Below, piece after piece: positions 52,261 to 64,000 of a stretch of DNA of 64,000 bases; position 1 is the first letter of the stretch, and every line of letters begins with the position of its first letter. The DNA lies in assembly GCA_951406725.2 (NCBI GenBank), contig OX597831.1, forward strand, positions 42,408,001 through 42,472,000, given 5' to 3'. The notes beneath the pieces are model-generated. The model had not been told where the DNA came from. It saw only the letters and a list, made by a program, of their open reading frames with translations, and ran no database searches. Source of the stretch: Octopus vulgaris (taxonomy: Eukaryota). A program made the translations under genes and the position numbers.

Positions 52261-52745
52261 GTCTTTGGATTCCCTTTTGACATATCTTTAGGAATAACAT
52301 TTGTTAGATTTTTCTTTCTTTCTATTCATTGAACTTCAGCAAACTGTTTTATGTTAAAATAAAATAAAACATATTTCTTTATTTATGTAATATGCCTGAA
52401 TATAAATCTGGCTTTTCAAATGATAGCTATAAACCATCTCAACAAAACGCCTACATATTCTGCTGTTAACTAGAAGTCGAACATTTTTCTATGTGTACAT
52501 GTACACAAACCTGTGCAACCCACACACACACACACACACACACACATGCACGCACACACGCACACACACGCACACACACACTCACACACACACACACAAA
52601 TGTAGTTAGGTATGTTTATTTTTGTAAAATTTTTTTCCTGTTTTGTTCCACTCTTACAAAAATATTTCAAATCTAAAGATCACTTAATATGCAGATTTAT
52701 CTGTGTTTATATATATATAAGCATGCATAAACATATATATATATA

Positions 52746-52791
<46 letters not shown>

Positions 52792-53139
52792 CACACACAC
52801 ACATATATATATACAAATACACATACAAACATATATATACAAACACACATGTACATACACCAATGTTATTACAAATTGAGACAAAAAGTTTACATATCAG
52901 AGAGTATTTATTTATTCAAATCTGAGCTTTCACCATACTGCTTCTCTGAGTTTTCTCTTTCTAGTCACAACACTGCATTCACCACATGATTATACATCAT
53001 CATCATCATCATCATCATTATTGACTGCATCTGTTTTTCCATGTTGGTGTAGATTTGCTGGAGCTTTCAGAGGCAATGTTTTATAGCATGAGGGGTATGG
53101 GGGGAGGCGGAATTGCATTCATGATTTTTAGTCTTGTCT

Positions 53140-53835
53140 TGACATCATGTGATAGTTGTAAATAAGCTCCACCATCATTACAAACTGTGTGGCTTATTTC
53201 CAGTCTGCCATAAAACAACATGGCTAGCCATGCGAGAAATATTACCTTCCTTGGAATCAGGCAATGGGGATTTTACAGTTTCTGTCAGCCAAATCCATTC
53301 ACAAGGTTTTGGTTTGCTTGAAGCTATAGTAGAAGACATTTGCCCAAGGTGCCACACAGTGGGACTGAACCCGGAACCATGTGATTGGGAAGCAAACTTC
53401 TTACCATACAATCATGCCTTGTGTATTTTCTCACAGTTCTCAGTTGCCATGTCTTGATATGATATCTTTTATTTTTTACTTGTTTCAGTTATTAGACTGT
53501 GGTCATGCTGGGGCATCACCTTAAAGAATTGACCCTAGTGTTTATTATTTTTTTAGTAAAACCTGGTACTTATTCTATTGGTTTATTTCACTGGACTGCT
53601 AAGTTATGGGGATGTAAACATACCAACACCAGTTGTCAAATGGTGGTGATGGTGGACAAACACATGCACAAAAACACAGACATATGATAGGCTTCTATCA
53701 GTTTCCATCTACCAAATTCAAATCCACTCTCTTTGGTCAGCCTGAGACTATATTAAAAAAACACTTGCTCAAGATGCCTTGGAACTGAACCTGGAAGCAT
53801 GTGTTTGGGAAGCAAACTTCTTACCACACAGCCAC
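53140..53835 (-). mobile_element. Family A SINE copies (53270-53415, 53466-53835) beside a D-variant fragment
   Basis: Reverse complement of the family A head, core and tail. Confidence 0.7.
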
Positions 53836-54098
53836 ATCTGTAGCTATAAGTATTGTTGTATTAGGAATCTATTAACAAACTTTTATCATTAACCACAAAA
53901 TTAGCTTTCACCTTTCAATCATGTAGAGACAAAATATATATAATTTAATAGCATCTGAGCGTTTCTTCAGTTTAAGGCAGCCGTACTGCATTTAAAGCTG
54001 CAGTGGACATACAAGTTGGAGGATCAGCATAAATATGTATTGCTTTCACTGTAAAAAGTCGGAAAATTGAAATATAGCTGTGGTTGAATGTCTAAATA

Positions 54099-56051
54099 TT
54101 AACTCTTTTGTTACCATGTTTCTCTTGAGATACGCAGCCTTTGATTTAATTTATTCTGAAAATAATAATAAGCATCATAAGGGCAAATAAATTTGAAAAT
54201 AATAATAAGCGTAATAAGGGCAAATAAATTTGAAAATAATAATAATAAGCATAATGAAGGTAAATAAATTTGAAAATGATAATAGGTATAATGAAGGTAA
54301 ATAAATTTGAAAATGATAATAGGTATAATAAGGGTAAATGAATTTGAATATATTAATAAGCCTAAAGGCAAATAAATTTGAAAATAATAATAGGCATAAT
54401 GAAGGCAAATAAATTTGAAAATAATAATAAGCATAATGAGAGTAGATAAATTTGAAAATGATAATAAGCATAATGAAGGCAAATACATTTGAAAATCATA
54501 ATAAGCATAATCTGGGCAAATAAATTTGAAAATAATAATGATAAGCATAATAAGGACAAATAAATTTGAATATATTAAGAAGCTTAAGGGCAAATAAATT
54601 TGAAAATCACATTAAGCATAATGAGGGCAAATGAATTTGAAATTAATACTAAGCATAATAAGGGCAAATAGATTTGAAAATAATAATAAATGTAATAAGC
54701 ACAAATAAATTCGGAAATGATAATAAGCATAAGGGCAAAAACATTTGAGAATGCTAATAAACATAATAAAGGCAAATAAATTTGAAAATAATAATAATAA
54801 ACATAATAAGGGCAAATAAATTTGAAAATAATAAGCATAATAAGGGCAAATAAATTTGATATTAATAAGATACAGGGCCAATAAATTTGTAAATAATAAG
54901 CATAATAGGGGCAAATAAATTTGAAAATACTAATAAGCTTAATGAAGGCAAATAAATTTGAAAGTAATAATAAGTATAATAAGGGCAAATAAATTTGAAA
55001 ATAATAATAAGCGTAATTAAGGCAAATAAATTTGAAAATGATAATAGGTATAATAAGGGTAAATGAATTTGGAAATAATAAAAAGCATAAGGGAGAATAA
55101 ATTTGAAAATAAAAATATGCATAATAAGGGCAAATAAATTTGAAAATGATAATAAGACATAATAAGGGCAAATAAATTTGAACCGAATAAGCATAAGGGC
55201 AGATAAATTTGAAAATGATAATAAGCAAAATTAGGGCAAATAAATTTGAATATATTAACAAGCCTAAGGGGAAATAAATTTGAAAATAATAATAAGCATA
55301 ATAAGGGCAAATAAATTTCAAAAATAATAATGAGCATAATAAGGGCAAATAAATTTCAAAAATAATAATGAGCATAATAAGGGCAAAGAAATTTGAAAGT
55401 AACAATAATATGAGCAAATAAATTTGAAAATAATAATAAGCATAATAAGGGCAAATAAATTTGAAAGTACTTATAAGCTGAAGGAGGGCAAATAAATTTG
55501 AAAGTACTTATAAGCTTAAGGAGGGCAAATAAATTTGAAAATAATAATATTAAGCATAATAATAATAAGCATAATGGGGGTAAATAAATTTGAAAATGAT
55601 AATAAACATGATAAGGGCAAATAAATTTGAATATATTAATAAGCATAATAAAGGCAAATAAATTTGAAAGTAAATATATGCATAAGAAGGGCAAATAAAT
55701 TTGAGAATAATAATAAGAATAATTAGGGCAAATAAATTTGAAAATGATAATAAGCATAATAAGGGCAAATAAATTTGAATATATTAATAAGCATAATAAA
55801 GGCAAATAAATTTGAAAGTAATTATATGCATAAGAAGGGCAAATAAATTTGAGAATAATAGTGAGCATAATAAGGGCAAATACATTTGAAAATAATAATA
55901 AGCATAAGGGCAAATAAATTTGGTTGGTGTTTGGAGCATAAATTAAAATGAAATTTTGATGAAAGATTTTAACTTAAAATTACTTGAAGACAAGAAATTT
56001 ATATGATTGATCTAGAGGTTGCTTTAGGTGGGTTGGTATCAAATGGGTTCA
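54099..56051. mobile_element. M2 piggyBac-type MITE expanded by an internal tandem array
   Basis: Left end TTAACTCTTTTGTTACCATG and right end GGGTTGGTATCAAATGGGTTCA match the two ends of the M2 copies in reverse orientation. Confidence 0.75.
54157..55921. repeat. Minisatellite, ~47 units of a 37-bp consensus AAATAAATTTGAAAATAATAATAAGCATAATAAGGGC
   Basis: Direct reading; unit length varies by AAT indels. Confidence 0.97.
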
Positions 56052-56069
56052 AGTTCGTCCAGATATTCA

Positions 56070-56425
56070 ACCCAGTGTAGGTCTGCTTGGCATCTTGGGG
56101 AGGTGTCTTCTATAGCCTTGCGCTAACCAATACCTTGTGAGCGAATTTGGTAGACAGACACCATGTAGAAGTCTGTCATTTTTACATGTGAATGTATGTG
56201 CATATGTGTGTGTGTTTGCGTGTGTGTTTCTCCCACTGGCCACTTGACAGCTGGTGTTGGGTTGTTTACATCCCTAACTTAGCAGTTTGGCAAAAGACAT
56301 CAATAGAATAAGTGCCAGGTTTTAAAAATAAGTTCTGGGGTCGATTTGTTTAACTAAACCCTTCATGATGGTGCCCCAGCATGGCCACAGTCCAATGACT
56401 GAAGCAAGTAAAAGATACAAGATAA
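56070..56425 (+). mobile_element. Family A SINE, degenerate
   Basis: CCTTGTGAGCGAATTTGGTAGAC..GGTGCCCCAGCATGGCCACAGTCCAATGACTGAAGCAAGTAAAAGA. Confidence 0.7.
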
Positions 56426-57352
56426 ACTCAAATTCCTTTAAAACTGAGATTGTTCTGTCTAATGTATACTCAATGGAAGAAAAAAATAGTTGTGAAGGCT
56501 ACGAATAGTTTAGTCTAAGATTAAAAAAATATATATATACATTAAAATGAATTGTAAAATAAACAGATTCTAAAGAGCATGATATAAATTACAGATCAAA
56601 GGATGTAGGTTAGATATAAAAATAAATCAAAATTTAGATGGTGATATTAAGTTAGACCAATAAATCTCTGCTATTATAAGATGTTTTTTCTTTGAGATAC
56701 TTTATTTGGAATAAATCTGTATCATGTTCACAAATTAAAATGAGTTACGGGCATTTTGGTAAGAAATTCTCATAAAAGAGAAAACCTGAAAGAAAATAAA
56801 ATATTTATTTACTGCAGAAACTATCTGTGGTTTAGAAACCAAAATCAATAGCTGTTGATGTATAAAATAAATATATTTAAAATTTAAAGCAACAGCATTT
56901 ATGGAAAAATGATTGATTTTTTTTGTATAAAAGCCTATTTTTTGTTAACATATCAATCACCATTGATTTTTTTTTTTGTTGCCATTTTTAAATCACATAA
57001 TTTATGCAGCGAATAAATATTTTCCCATTTAAAAAATATAGTTATAGAACTTGCCATTGTCACTAAATTTAAGGAATTCTTTTCTTTACTCATTATTTTA
57101 GACAAATTCATATGTTCAACTTTAGTATATGAACGTACCAAAGTCCATCCTCTCATTTCTTATACAAACTTCTTGATTTAAAGTGACCTACATTGAAACC
57201 TTTGATCAAAATTTGATGTCACTTTATATTCTAGATACCAGTTTAATAATGATCAAGTTATTTTTACTAAATTCTTCTTTATTACAAAAAATTAATTGTA
57301 ACAAAGGCAGTGTATTTCAACTAAAGGGTTAAAATTTTGGCTCATGTTAATA

Positions 57353-57762
57353 GCAGGAGTGGCTGTGTGGTAAGTAGCTTGTCTACCAGCCACATGGTTC
57401 CGGGTTCAGTCCCACTGCGTGACACCTTGGGCAAGTATCTTCTACTATAGCCTCGGGCCGACCAAAGCCTTGTGAGTGGATTTGGTAGATGGAAACTGAA
57501 AGAAGCCCGTCGTATATATGTATATATATATATATATGCGTGTGTGTGTTTGTGTGTCTGTGTTTGTCCCCTAGCATTGCTTGACAACCGATGCTGGTGT
57601 GTTTATGTCCCCGTTACTTAGCGGTTCGGCAAAAAGGGACCGATAGAATAAGTACTGGGCTTACAAAGAATAAGTCCCGGGGTCGAGTTGCTCGACTAAA
57701 GGTGGTGCTCCAGCATGGCCGCAGTCAAATGACTGAAACAAGTAAAAGAGAGTAAAAGAGTA
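57353..57762 (+). mobile_element. Full-length, young tRNA-derived SINE, family A (Octopus OK/OR-like)
   Basis: A box TGGCTGTGTGG (57360-57370), B box GGTTCAGTCC (57403-57412), CCTTGGGCAAG core, internal (TA)n(TG)n, tail (AGTAAAAGAG)n; many CpGs retained. Confidence 0.85.
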
Positions 57763-57789
57763 AGATAGCAATAATAATAATAATAATAA

Positions 57790-57935
57790 TCCTTTCTACT
57801 AAAGGCACAAGCCCTGCAATTTTGGAGGAAGGGATTAGTCAATTACATCAATCCCAGTACTAGACTGGTATTTATTCTATTGACCCCAAAAGGATGAAAG
57901 ACAAAGTTGACTTCTGTGGAATTTGAACTCAGAAC
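57790..57935 (-). mobile_element. Family B SINE fragment, minus strand
   Basis: CCTTTCTACTAAAGGCACAAGCC..AAAGGATGAAAGACAAAGTTGAC..GAATTTGAACTCAGAAC. Confidence 0.75.
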
Positions 57936-57948
57936 AATAATGATGATA

Positions 57949-58506
57949 ATTGTTTTGTCTTGGTATAAAAGATTGGCTACAGCAAATATTCTGCTCAATA
58001 CCACAATGTACATTGTTTTGTCTTGGTATAAAAGATGTGCTACAGCAAATATTCTGCTCAATACCACAGATTTGCATGTCAGTTGTTTGACCGTAACTAG
58101 TTGACCATGTCCCTTAGTGGCTGACTATATGTGCATCTCTGACCACAAGCAGAAGTAGTGGGGGAGCATCATAGCTGTGTGTGAAAGGAATTCTTAGAGA
58201 TTTGGATAATTCACCTTTGGAAACATGGATGGTTCGTTCAACATCCTTAATCCTTATTCAGAGACCTTTTGAGTGGGATGGGCTACTCGACCAGAAGAAA
58301 ATTCTAGCTGGGCCCCACCTGCAAGGTCATGCGCAGTTTATCTTGATATGAGATCACCATGTCGTGCATATATGGTAGTGATGCATGTGCCTGGTGTACC
58401 CTTATCAGACGGGTAGTCATGATGGGTATACTGGGCTTCGTATATTTTGCCCCAGTGTCACTTTGATGGCATGCACCGCTTTCTCACTCAATAATAATAA
58501 TAATAA
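57949..58506 (+). mobile_element. Unclassified ~540-bp insertion ending in (TAA)n, with a 63-bp tandem duplication at its 5' end
   Basis: ATTGTTTTGTCTTGGTATAAAAGAT..CAATACCACA at 57949 and 58012; ends CTCACTC(AAT)n. Confidence 0.5.
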
Positions 58507-58511
58507 TGATG

Positions 58512-58738
58512 AGTTATAGGTGCATTAAGAATTATCCCTAAAGCTTTGAACAGATGGATAAAGGAAACAGTCATAAAACCTAGTTTAGTGTAGCTCCAGA
58601 AAACAGTGTTATTAGGGATAGTTAGGATACCCAGGAAGGTTCTTGGCATCTAAGGTTACTTGTTGTTGCCTGACATTAGGAATTTTTCCTTTCAAACAGT
58701 TTAATTTATTGTGCATATATGAAATAATAATAATAATA
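58512..58738 (+). mobile_element. R4/Dong-clade non-LTR retrotransposon 3' fragment within (TAA)n
   Basis: Translates to IGALRIIPKALNRWIKETVIKPSLV*LQKTVLLGIVRIPRKVLGI* (IGALG..QK.VLLG..RILRKVL C-terminal motif); (TAA)n on both sides. Confidence 0.75.
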
Positions 58739-58846
58739 GTTTTGATTTAAAAATTTTCTGGACTAAATTTATTAGTTATCATATTTTACAATATTTCTGT
58801 TTTACACTGTTTTCATCTCAGAACTTTGATTTCTAATATAAGAATA

Positions 58847-58895
58847 AAGCACTGATTGATGGTTAAAGATTAGACTAACCAAACAATAACGGAAA

Positions 58896-58943
<48 letters not shown>

Positions 58944-59052
58944 TTTTTCCGTTATTGTTTGGTTAGTCTAATCTTTATATATATATATAAATTTTTTCCG
59001 TTATTGTTTGGTTAGTCTAATCTTTAACCATCAATCAGTGCTTATATCAGTG

Positions 59053-59055
<3 letters not shown>
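58847..59055. repeat. Inverted duplication centred on (TA)n, with a tandemly repeated right arm
   Basis: 58847-58900 is mirrored at 58940-58976 (partial) and again at 58990-59044. Confidence 0.9.
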
Positions 59056-59094
<39 letters not shown>

Positions 59095-59589
59095 AGAAGA
59101 GTTTAATTATCATCATCATCATCATCATTTTAACATCTCTGTTATGTTTTTCATACTTGCTTGGGTCAGATGGAGTTTTTTGTGGCAGATTGTTTATGAC
59201 TGGATGCTTTTCCTGTCACCAATCCTCACCTGTTTCCAAGCCTGGTAATATTTCTCCATGGCCAAAACAAGTTCTCACAGAATACTGGAAATGAATGACA
59301 TAGCTTGCATGATAGTGACACTCATTTACAACAATCATATGATGACAAGACAAGGAAATGCAAACACACACACATAATCGCATTCATACACACATATACG
59401 TATGTATGTGCACACGTGTTATATATATAAATATATATCATCATCATCATCATCATTTAGCATCCATTGTCCACACTAGCATGGGTTGGACAGTTTGACC
59501 AGGGCTGGCAAGCTGGAAGGTTGCATCAGACTCCAGTCTAATTTGGCATGGTTTCTATGGCTAGATGCCCTTCCTAACACCATTAGGAC

Positions 59590-59783
59590 GCCATGATAGA
59601 TCGTTAGCTCGTACACGCATTTTTTCTCTCCTTGTTTTTTTCTGTGTATCTTTCTGTCGAAGAGCATAGACTGGAAACGTAAAAGACTTGTTCTATTTCT
59701 ATTCCTGAGCGCCATACTAATACATTTGCTTGTTTGTACTCCACCTGCCTTTGTCATTTGTTTATTTTCGTAAACCTTCCAGT
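59590..59783 (+). mobile_element. (TA)n-anchored ~190-bp repeat, probable Penelope-like 3' end with hammerhead-like motif
   Basis: Homolog of 36171-36360; it truncates a family D copy at 59437-59582. Confidence 0.65.
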
Positions 59784-59804
59784 TATATATATATATATAT
59801 ATGT

Positions 59805-59869
<65 letters not shown>

Positions 59870-60007
59870 GCACACATACATACAAACGAGAGCTTCTTTC
59901 AGTTTCCATCAACCAAATCCACTTGTTGTCAGTAATGGCTGATCGCTCTTCTACATTTAACTGTCCTAAGTTTTGGAAATTAATTTGCAGCTTTTAGAAA
60001 CCCCACT

Positions 60008-60234
60008 GAACCCTTTAGCATTCAGATTACTCTGTTAAATATAATGCTTATTTTTTCACATTATTTTGTATTAATCATTCATTATCTTGTAGCTTCAAGA
60101 TTTTGATGATATAATGGTATGATTTTAGAATAAGATTGTAGGGTATATGTGAGAGGTAAGATCTGGACAGTTTGAACATAAGACAAGTTGAAGATTTGGG
60201 CTGGATATAGCCAGTTTAAATGCTGAAGGATTAA
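60008..60234. mobile_element. piggyBac-type MITE, family M1
   Basis: TGAACCCTTTAGCATT..AATGCTGAAGGATTAA. Confidence 0.75.
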
Positions 60235-60329
60235 AGATAAAATAAACTTACCTTGTAATATTTAGACCTCAAAACACCACCCAACTTATTTGCCAAGTAA
60301 CACATAAATATTGGCTACAAATTTTGATA

Positions 60330-60522
60330 CAAAGATAGCAAATTCGAGAGAGCACTAAGTTGATTACATTGCCCTCTGTGCTCAACTGGTACTTATTTTG
60401 TTGACCCCAAAAGGATGAAAGGCAAAGCTGACCGTGGCAAAATTTGAACTTAGAACCTAAAGACAGATGAAAAGCTACTAAGCATTTTGCCTGGTGCAGT
60501 AACAATTCTGCCAGCTCACCTC
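60330..60522 (-). mobile_element. Family B SINE, minus strand
   Basis: ACTGGTACTTATTTT..AAAGGATGAAAGGCAAAG..AACAATTCTGCCAGCTCACC. Confidence 0.75.
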
Positions 60523-60814
60523 CAAAAAATATAAATTCTTGTTTTTTGTATGTTATTTTAAATTTTATTTTTTAAAAATTTCCTATTCATTTTCAAACTG
60601 ATTTATTCCACTTTGGGACATTTTTGCACCCACTATTTAGTACTTGCTAATGCAATCATTATTTTCCTTGGATTTTATAGTTCCACTTTTAAATGTCTTT
60701 TTTTATTATTGTTACTTGAATATTATTAGTTTCAATAGTTTTAATTGGTATTAATAAAATTCTCTAATGAAAACAATAAAGAAAATCAATAGAAAAGAAA
60801 AAGAAAGGAAATTG

Positions 60815-61072
60815 CTATCTTTTATTTTTTATCTCCTACTTGTTTCAGTCATTTGACTGCAGCCATGCTGGAGCACCATCTTGGAAGGTTTTTGTCAAAC
60901 AAATCGATGCCCACCCTGTATGAATGTTTTTTTAATTTTTTTAAAGCCTAGTATCTATCCTGTTGGTCTCTTTTGCTGAAGCTTCTAGGTTGTAGGGATG
61001 TAAACAAACCAACACTGGTTGTTAAGTTATAGTGGGGGAACAAAAGCAAACACAAAGACACACACAGACACA

Positions 61073-61115
<43 letters not shown>

Positions 61116-61338
61116 CATTGTCATCATCACCATCATTTAGCATCCATTGTCTATGCTGGCATGGGTTAGATGGTTTGACTGGAAGTAGTAAGCTGGAGAA
61201 CTGCACCAGGCTCCAGTCTGTTTTGCTTGGTTTCTATGGTTGGATGCCCTTCCTAATGCCACCCACTCCTCAGAGTGTACTGGGTGTCTTGTGTGTGTCA
61301 CCAGCATGGATGCCTTTTACATGTCACTGGCACAGGTG

Positions 61339-61383
<45 letters not shown>

Positions 61384-61685
61384 TCATTATCATCATCGTT
61401 TAACATCCATTTTCCATGCTAGCATGGGTTGGATGGTTTGACCGGGGTCTGGGAAGCCAGGAGGCTGCATAGGCTCCAGTCTGATCTGGTGGTGTTTCTA
61501 CATCTGGATGCCCTTCCTAACGCCAACCACTCCATGAGTGTAGGGCTTCCTCACAGTTTTTGTCTTCCAAAATGACTCACAAAACATTGGTTGGCCTGGG
61601 GCTATTGTAGAAAGCACTTACCAAGGGTACTGAACCAGGAAACATCTGATTTCAAAACAAGCTCCTTAACCACACAGCTGTGCCT
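60815..61685 (-). mobile_element. Family A SINE split by two family D copies and (TA)n
   Basis: A 3' half at 60815-61060, D copies at 61120-61340 and 61385-61540, A 5' half at 61543-61685, all on the minus strand. Confidence 0.7.
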
Positions 61686-62648
61686 GTTTAAATTCTAATG
61701 GTGTGAATCTTAACTAGTCCAAAATTTATTGAGAACTAACTAGACTGAATTCAAACTGTAAAACCAAGATCGAAATACTTATTCATGTTTAGCCAAATTT
61801 AAATTCGCCACCCTCTTGACCTAAGCACAAATAATTGGTGTACAAAGGAATGCTGTAGGATCTATAGCACATTGATTAAGTAACAACATTTTAAATTAAT
61901 TAGATATACAAAAGTAATTAGCTGTTAGAGCATCCATAAAACGAAGTCCAGAGGCTGCTCAACTCATTTATTAAATGTAGTTAATAGTACCTGTTACCTA
62001 GGTGATGTAATTAGCAGTGATGGGTGGCTAGAAGATGAAAATAAGATTGTCAGAACTTTGGAAAATGTGGGGGAAATATTTGCCTCTTACGCATATTTTA
62101 TATTTCTTACATTACTTTATACATTTTACATAATCTTCTTTCCTTGTAAAGAGAGGAATTCTTTGTTGTTAACAACAAAGAATTTCTTTCTTTGAATGAA
62201 AAGAAGATGCTGAAAAAGTAATTGCCTCTGTTAGCAACAAAGCATTTCTGTCTTTACATGAAAATCTGGTTTTATATAACATGTGTGTGAGATGTAATGC
62301 TTGCTACGTAGGAGGAGTGAGACATGGACAGTATATGAGGTAGATCTGTGGAGACTGGAGAAGATGAGTTTAGACATGCAATATTAACCGGCATAAAAGT
62401 TAGAGCGCTTGTGAACTGAGAGAGCAGTTGTGCTTTAAAATAATCAGATTGTGGCCATGGACAAAAGCAGGAGAAAGAGGAACATGTAGAAATTAAGACT
62501 AAAGAGAAGAAAGGAAAAGACTGAAACTAAGATATATAAATCTAGTAGTACCCCACCCCCTAACAAACACACCAGACCCTGTGGGGTCAAGCAGTGGGGT
62601 GGGAGCAAACACAGGTACAAAGACACCCACACAAATGGACTCACACAA

Positions 62649-62688
<40 letters not shown>

Positions 62689-63074
62689 CATTTCATCATC
62701 TGACATGTAGCACACGGTGTACCTGTACAGGTAATGTTGATTTGATGGAGGGACTGAGTTTATGTGTACACAAACATTTGATCACAAATCATCTGTGTGG
62801 TTGTTTGGCAAGAAATTGCTGAACGCTCATACATTGTCTAGTGATGGGAGAGTCCATGGTATCTATCTATATATATATACATATATATACATATATATAT
62901 ATAACTCCAAGAAAGTTAGGGGTTGTGAATCCAACCCACTAAAGGATAATATCTATCCAATATACTGTTGGTAGAATACCCAATTATTAATACACAAGTG
63001 TTTTTTATTGTATTGCAATTACATTACCTAGTGTATTAAATGGGTGAAGGTAAAGAGATATTTTACCATTAATT

Positions 63075-63377
63075 TATATTGCAAATAAGAAAATGGAGGA
63101 GAACACCTTTAGGACATTAAACATGTTAACTTATTTATTTATTAAACTGATAATTATAATAACATACATACATATAGCATATTATTCTTTGCATATAAAA
63201 TAAGGATACCAGTAATTATTAAAAAAACATGAATATAAATTGGTGCAAAGAATAATATGCTATATGTATGTATGCTATTATAATTATCAGTTGAATAAAT
63301 AAATAAGTTAACATTTTTAATGTCCAAAAGTTGATGAACCACGTATTGTTCTCCTCTATTTTCTTATTTGCAATATA
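63075..63377. repeat. ~300-bp AT-rich fold-back abutting (TA)n
   Basis: TATATTGCAAATAAGAAAAT..CATATAGCATATTATTCTTTGCA is mirrored by TGCAAAGAATAATATGCTATATG..ATTTTCTTATTTGCAATATA; ~50-nt loop. Confidence 0.9.
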
Positions 63378-63496
63378 TATATATATATATATTTCAAAAT
63401 AGAAAATTACCCTTTAACAGGTAATTTTTACATGCTAGAAATAGCAGTCAACACAGCCAAAAATCACAATTTAATAGCAAATTTCGAAGTACCTTA

Positions 63497-63539
<43 letters not shown>

Positions 63540-63697
63540 CAACAGGCTTCTTTCAGTTACTGTCTACCAAATCCACTCACAAGATTTTGGTTGGCCTAAG
63601 GCCATTGTAGCAGACACTTGCCCAAGGTGCCACACAATAGGACTGAACTCAGAACTATGTGGTTAGGAAGCAAACTTCTTACCACACAACCACACCT
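63540..63697 (-). mobile_element. Family A SINE 5' half
   Basis: GGCTTCTTTCAGTT..GACACTTGCCCAAGGTGCC..CTTACCACACAACCAC. Confidence 0.8.
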
Positions 63698-64000
63698 ATA
63701 CAAGCAGAAAGTATCAATAATTATGATCTTTTGAATTAATTATTAATTACTTTTTAAATCACTAATTTATTATGCAAGCCTATTTACACCAGATAACTCA
63801 GTATTTGATGGATGATTCTGTCAACATCTACATTCTTTCAGGAACCTGGAAAGATTTTTTGGTGCATACTTATCTGAATGGTCTTTAAAACATAACAATG
63901 TTAAGGACTATGAAATTGTTTGAAATACTTTACAATTTGCCAAATGTAAACCTCCTCGAGGAATGTGAAGATGCAGGCTGGAAGCAGAGCATTTTCCAAT

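Noticed and set aside
54111-55913. Long hydrophobic minus-strand ORFs (up to 277 aa)
   Set aside because: The minus-strand unit happens to lack stop codons and the 37-nt period cycles through all frames, giving the same peptide in each; no evidence of coding.
54157-55921. 37-bp repeat array as a CRISPR array
   Set aside because: Units are contiguous with no unique spacers, there are no cas genes, and the context is eukaryotic; it is a minisatellite.
57353-57430. tRNA gene
   Set aside because: A and B boxes are present, but the sequence continues into a SINE body found many times in the window and no complete cloverleaf is evident.

Overview
AT-rich, repeat-dense eukaryotic DNA with no recognisable complete protein-coding gene. 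The repeat families and the dense (TA)n/(CA)n/(ATT)n microsatellites look like a coleoid cephalopod genome, most likely Octopus; this is inferred from remembered repeat consensuses, not from a search. The window contains: (i) at least four SINE or SINE-like families, one of which forms head-to-tail chains joined by (ATT)n; (ii) decayed LINE fragments (three RTE-clade, one CR1/L2-like, one R4/Dong-like); (iii) TTAA-flanked piggyBac-type MITEs, one containing a ~1.77-kb array of a 37-bp unit, and one hAT MITE with an 8-bp TSD; (iv) at least seven fold-back elements of 200-520 bp, mostly next to (TA)n tracts. Two of these fold-backs and several nearby non-fold-back fragments carry type-I hammerhead-ribozyme-like motifs of the kind found in Penelope-like retroelements and retrozymes, which is the most interesting signal here. 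A few short plus-strand segments behind splice acceptors may be alternative terminal exons of an upstream gene (low confidence). Almost all ORFs in the supplied track are microsatellite or repeat artefacts. Repeat boundaries were read by eye and are approximate.
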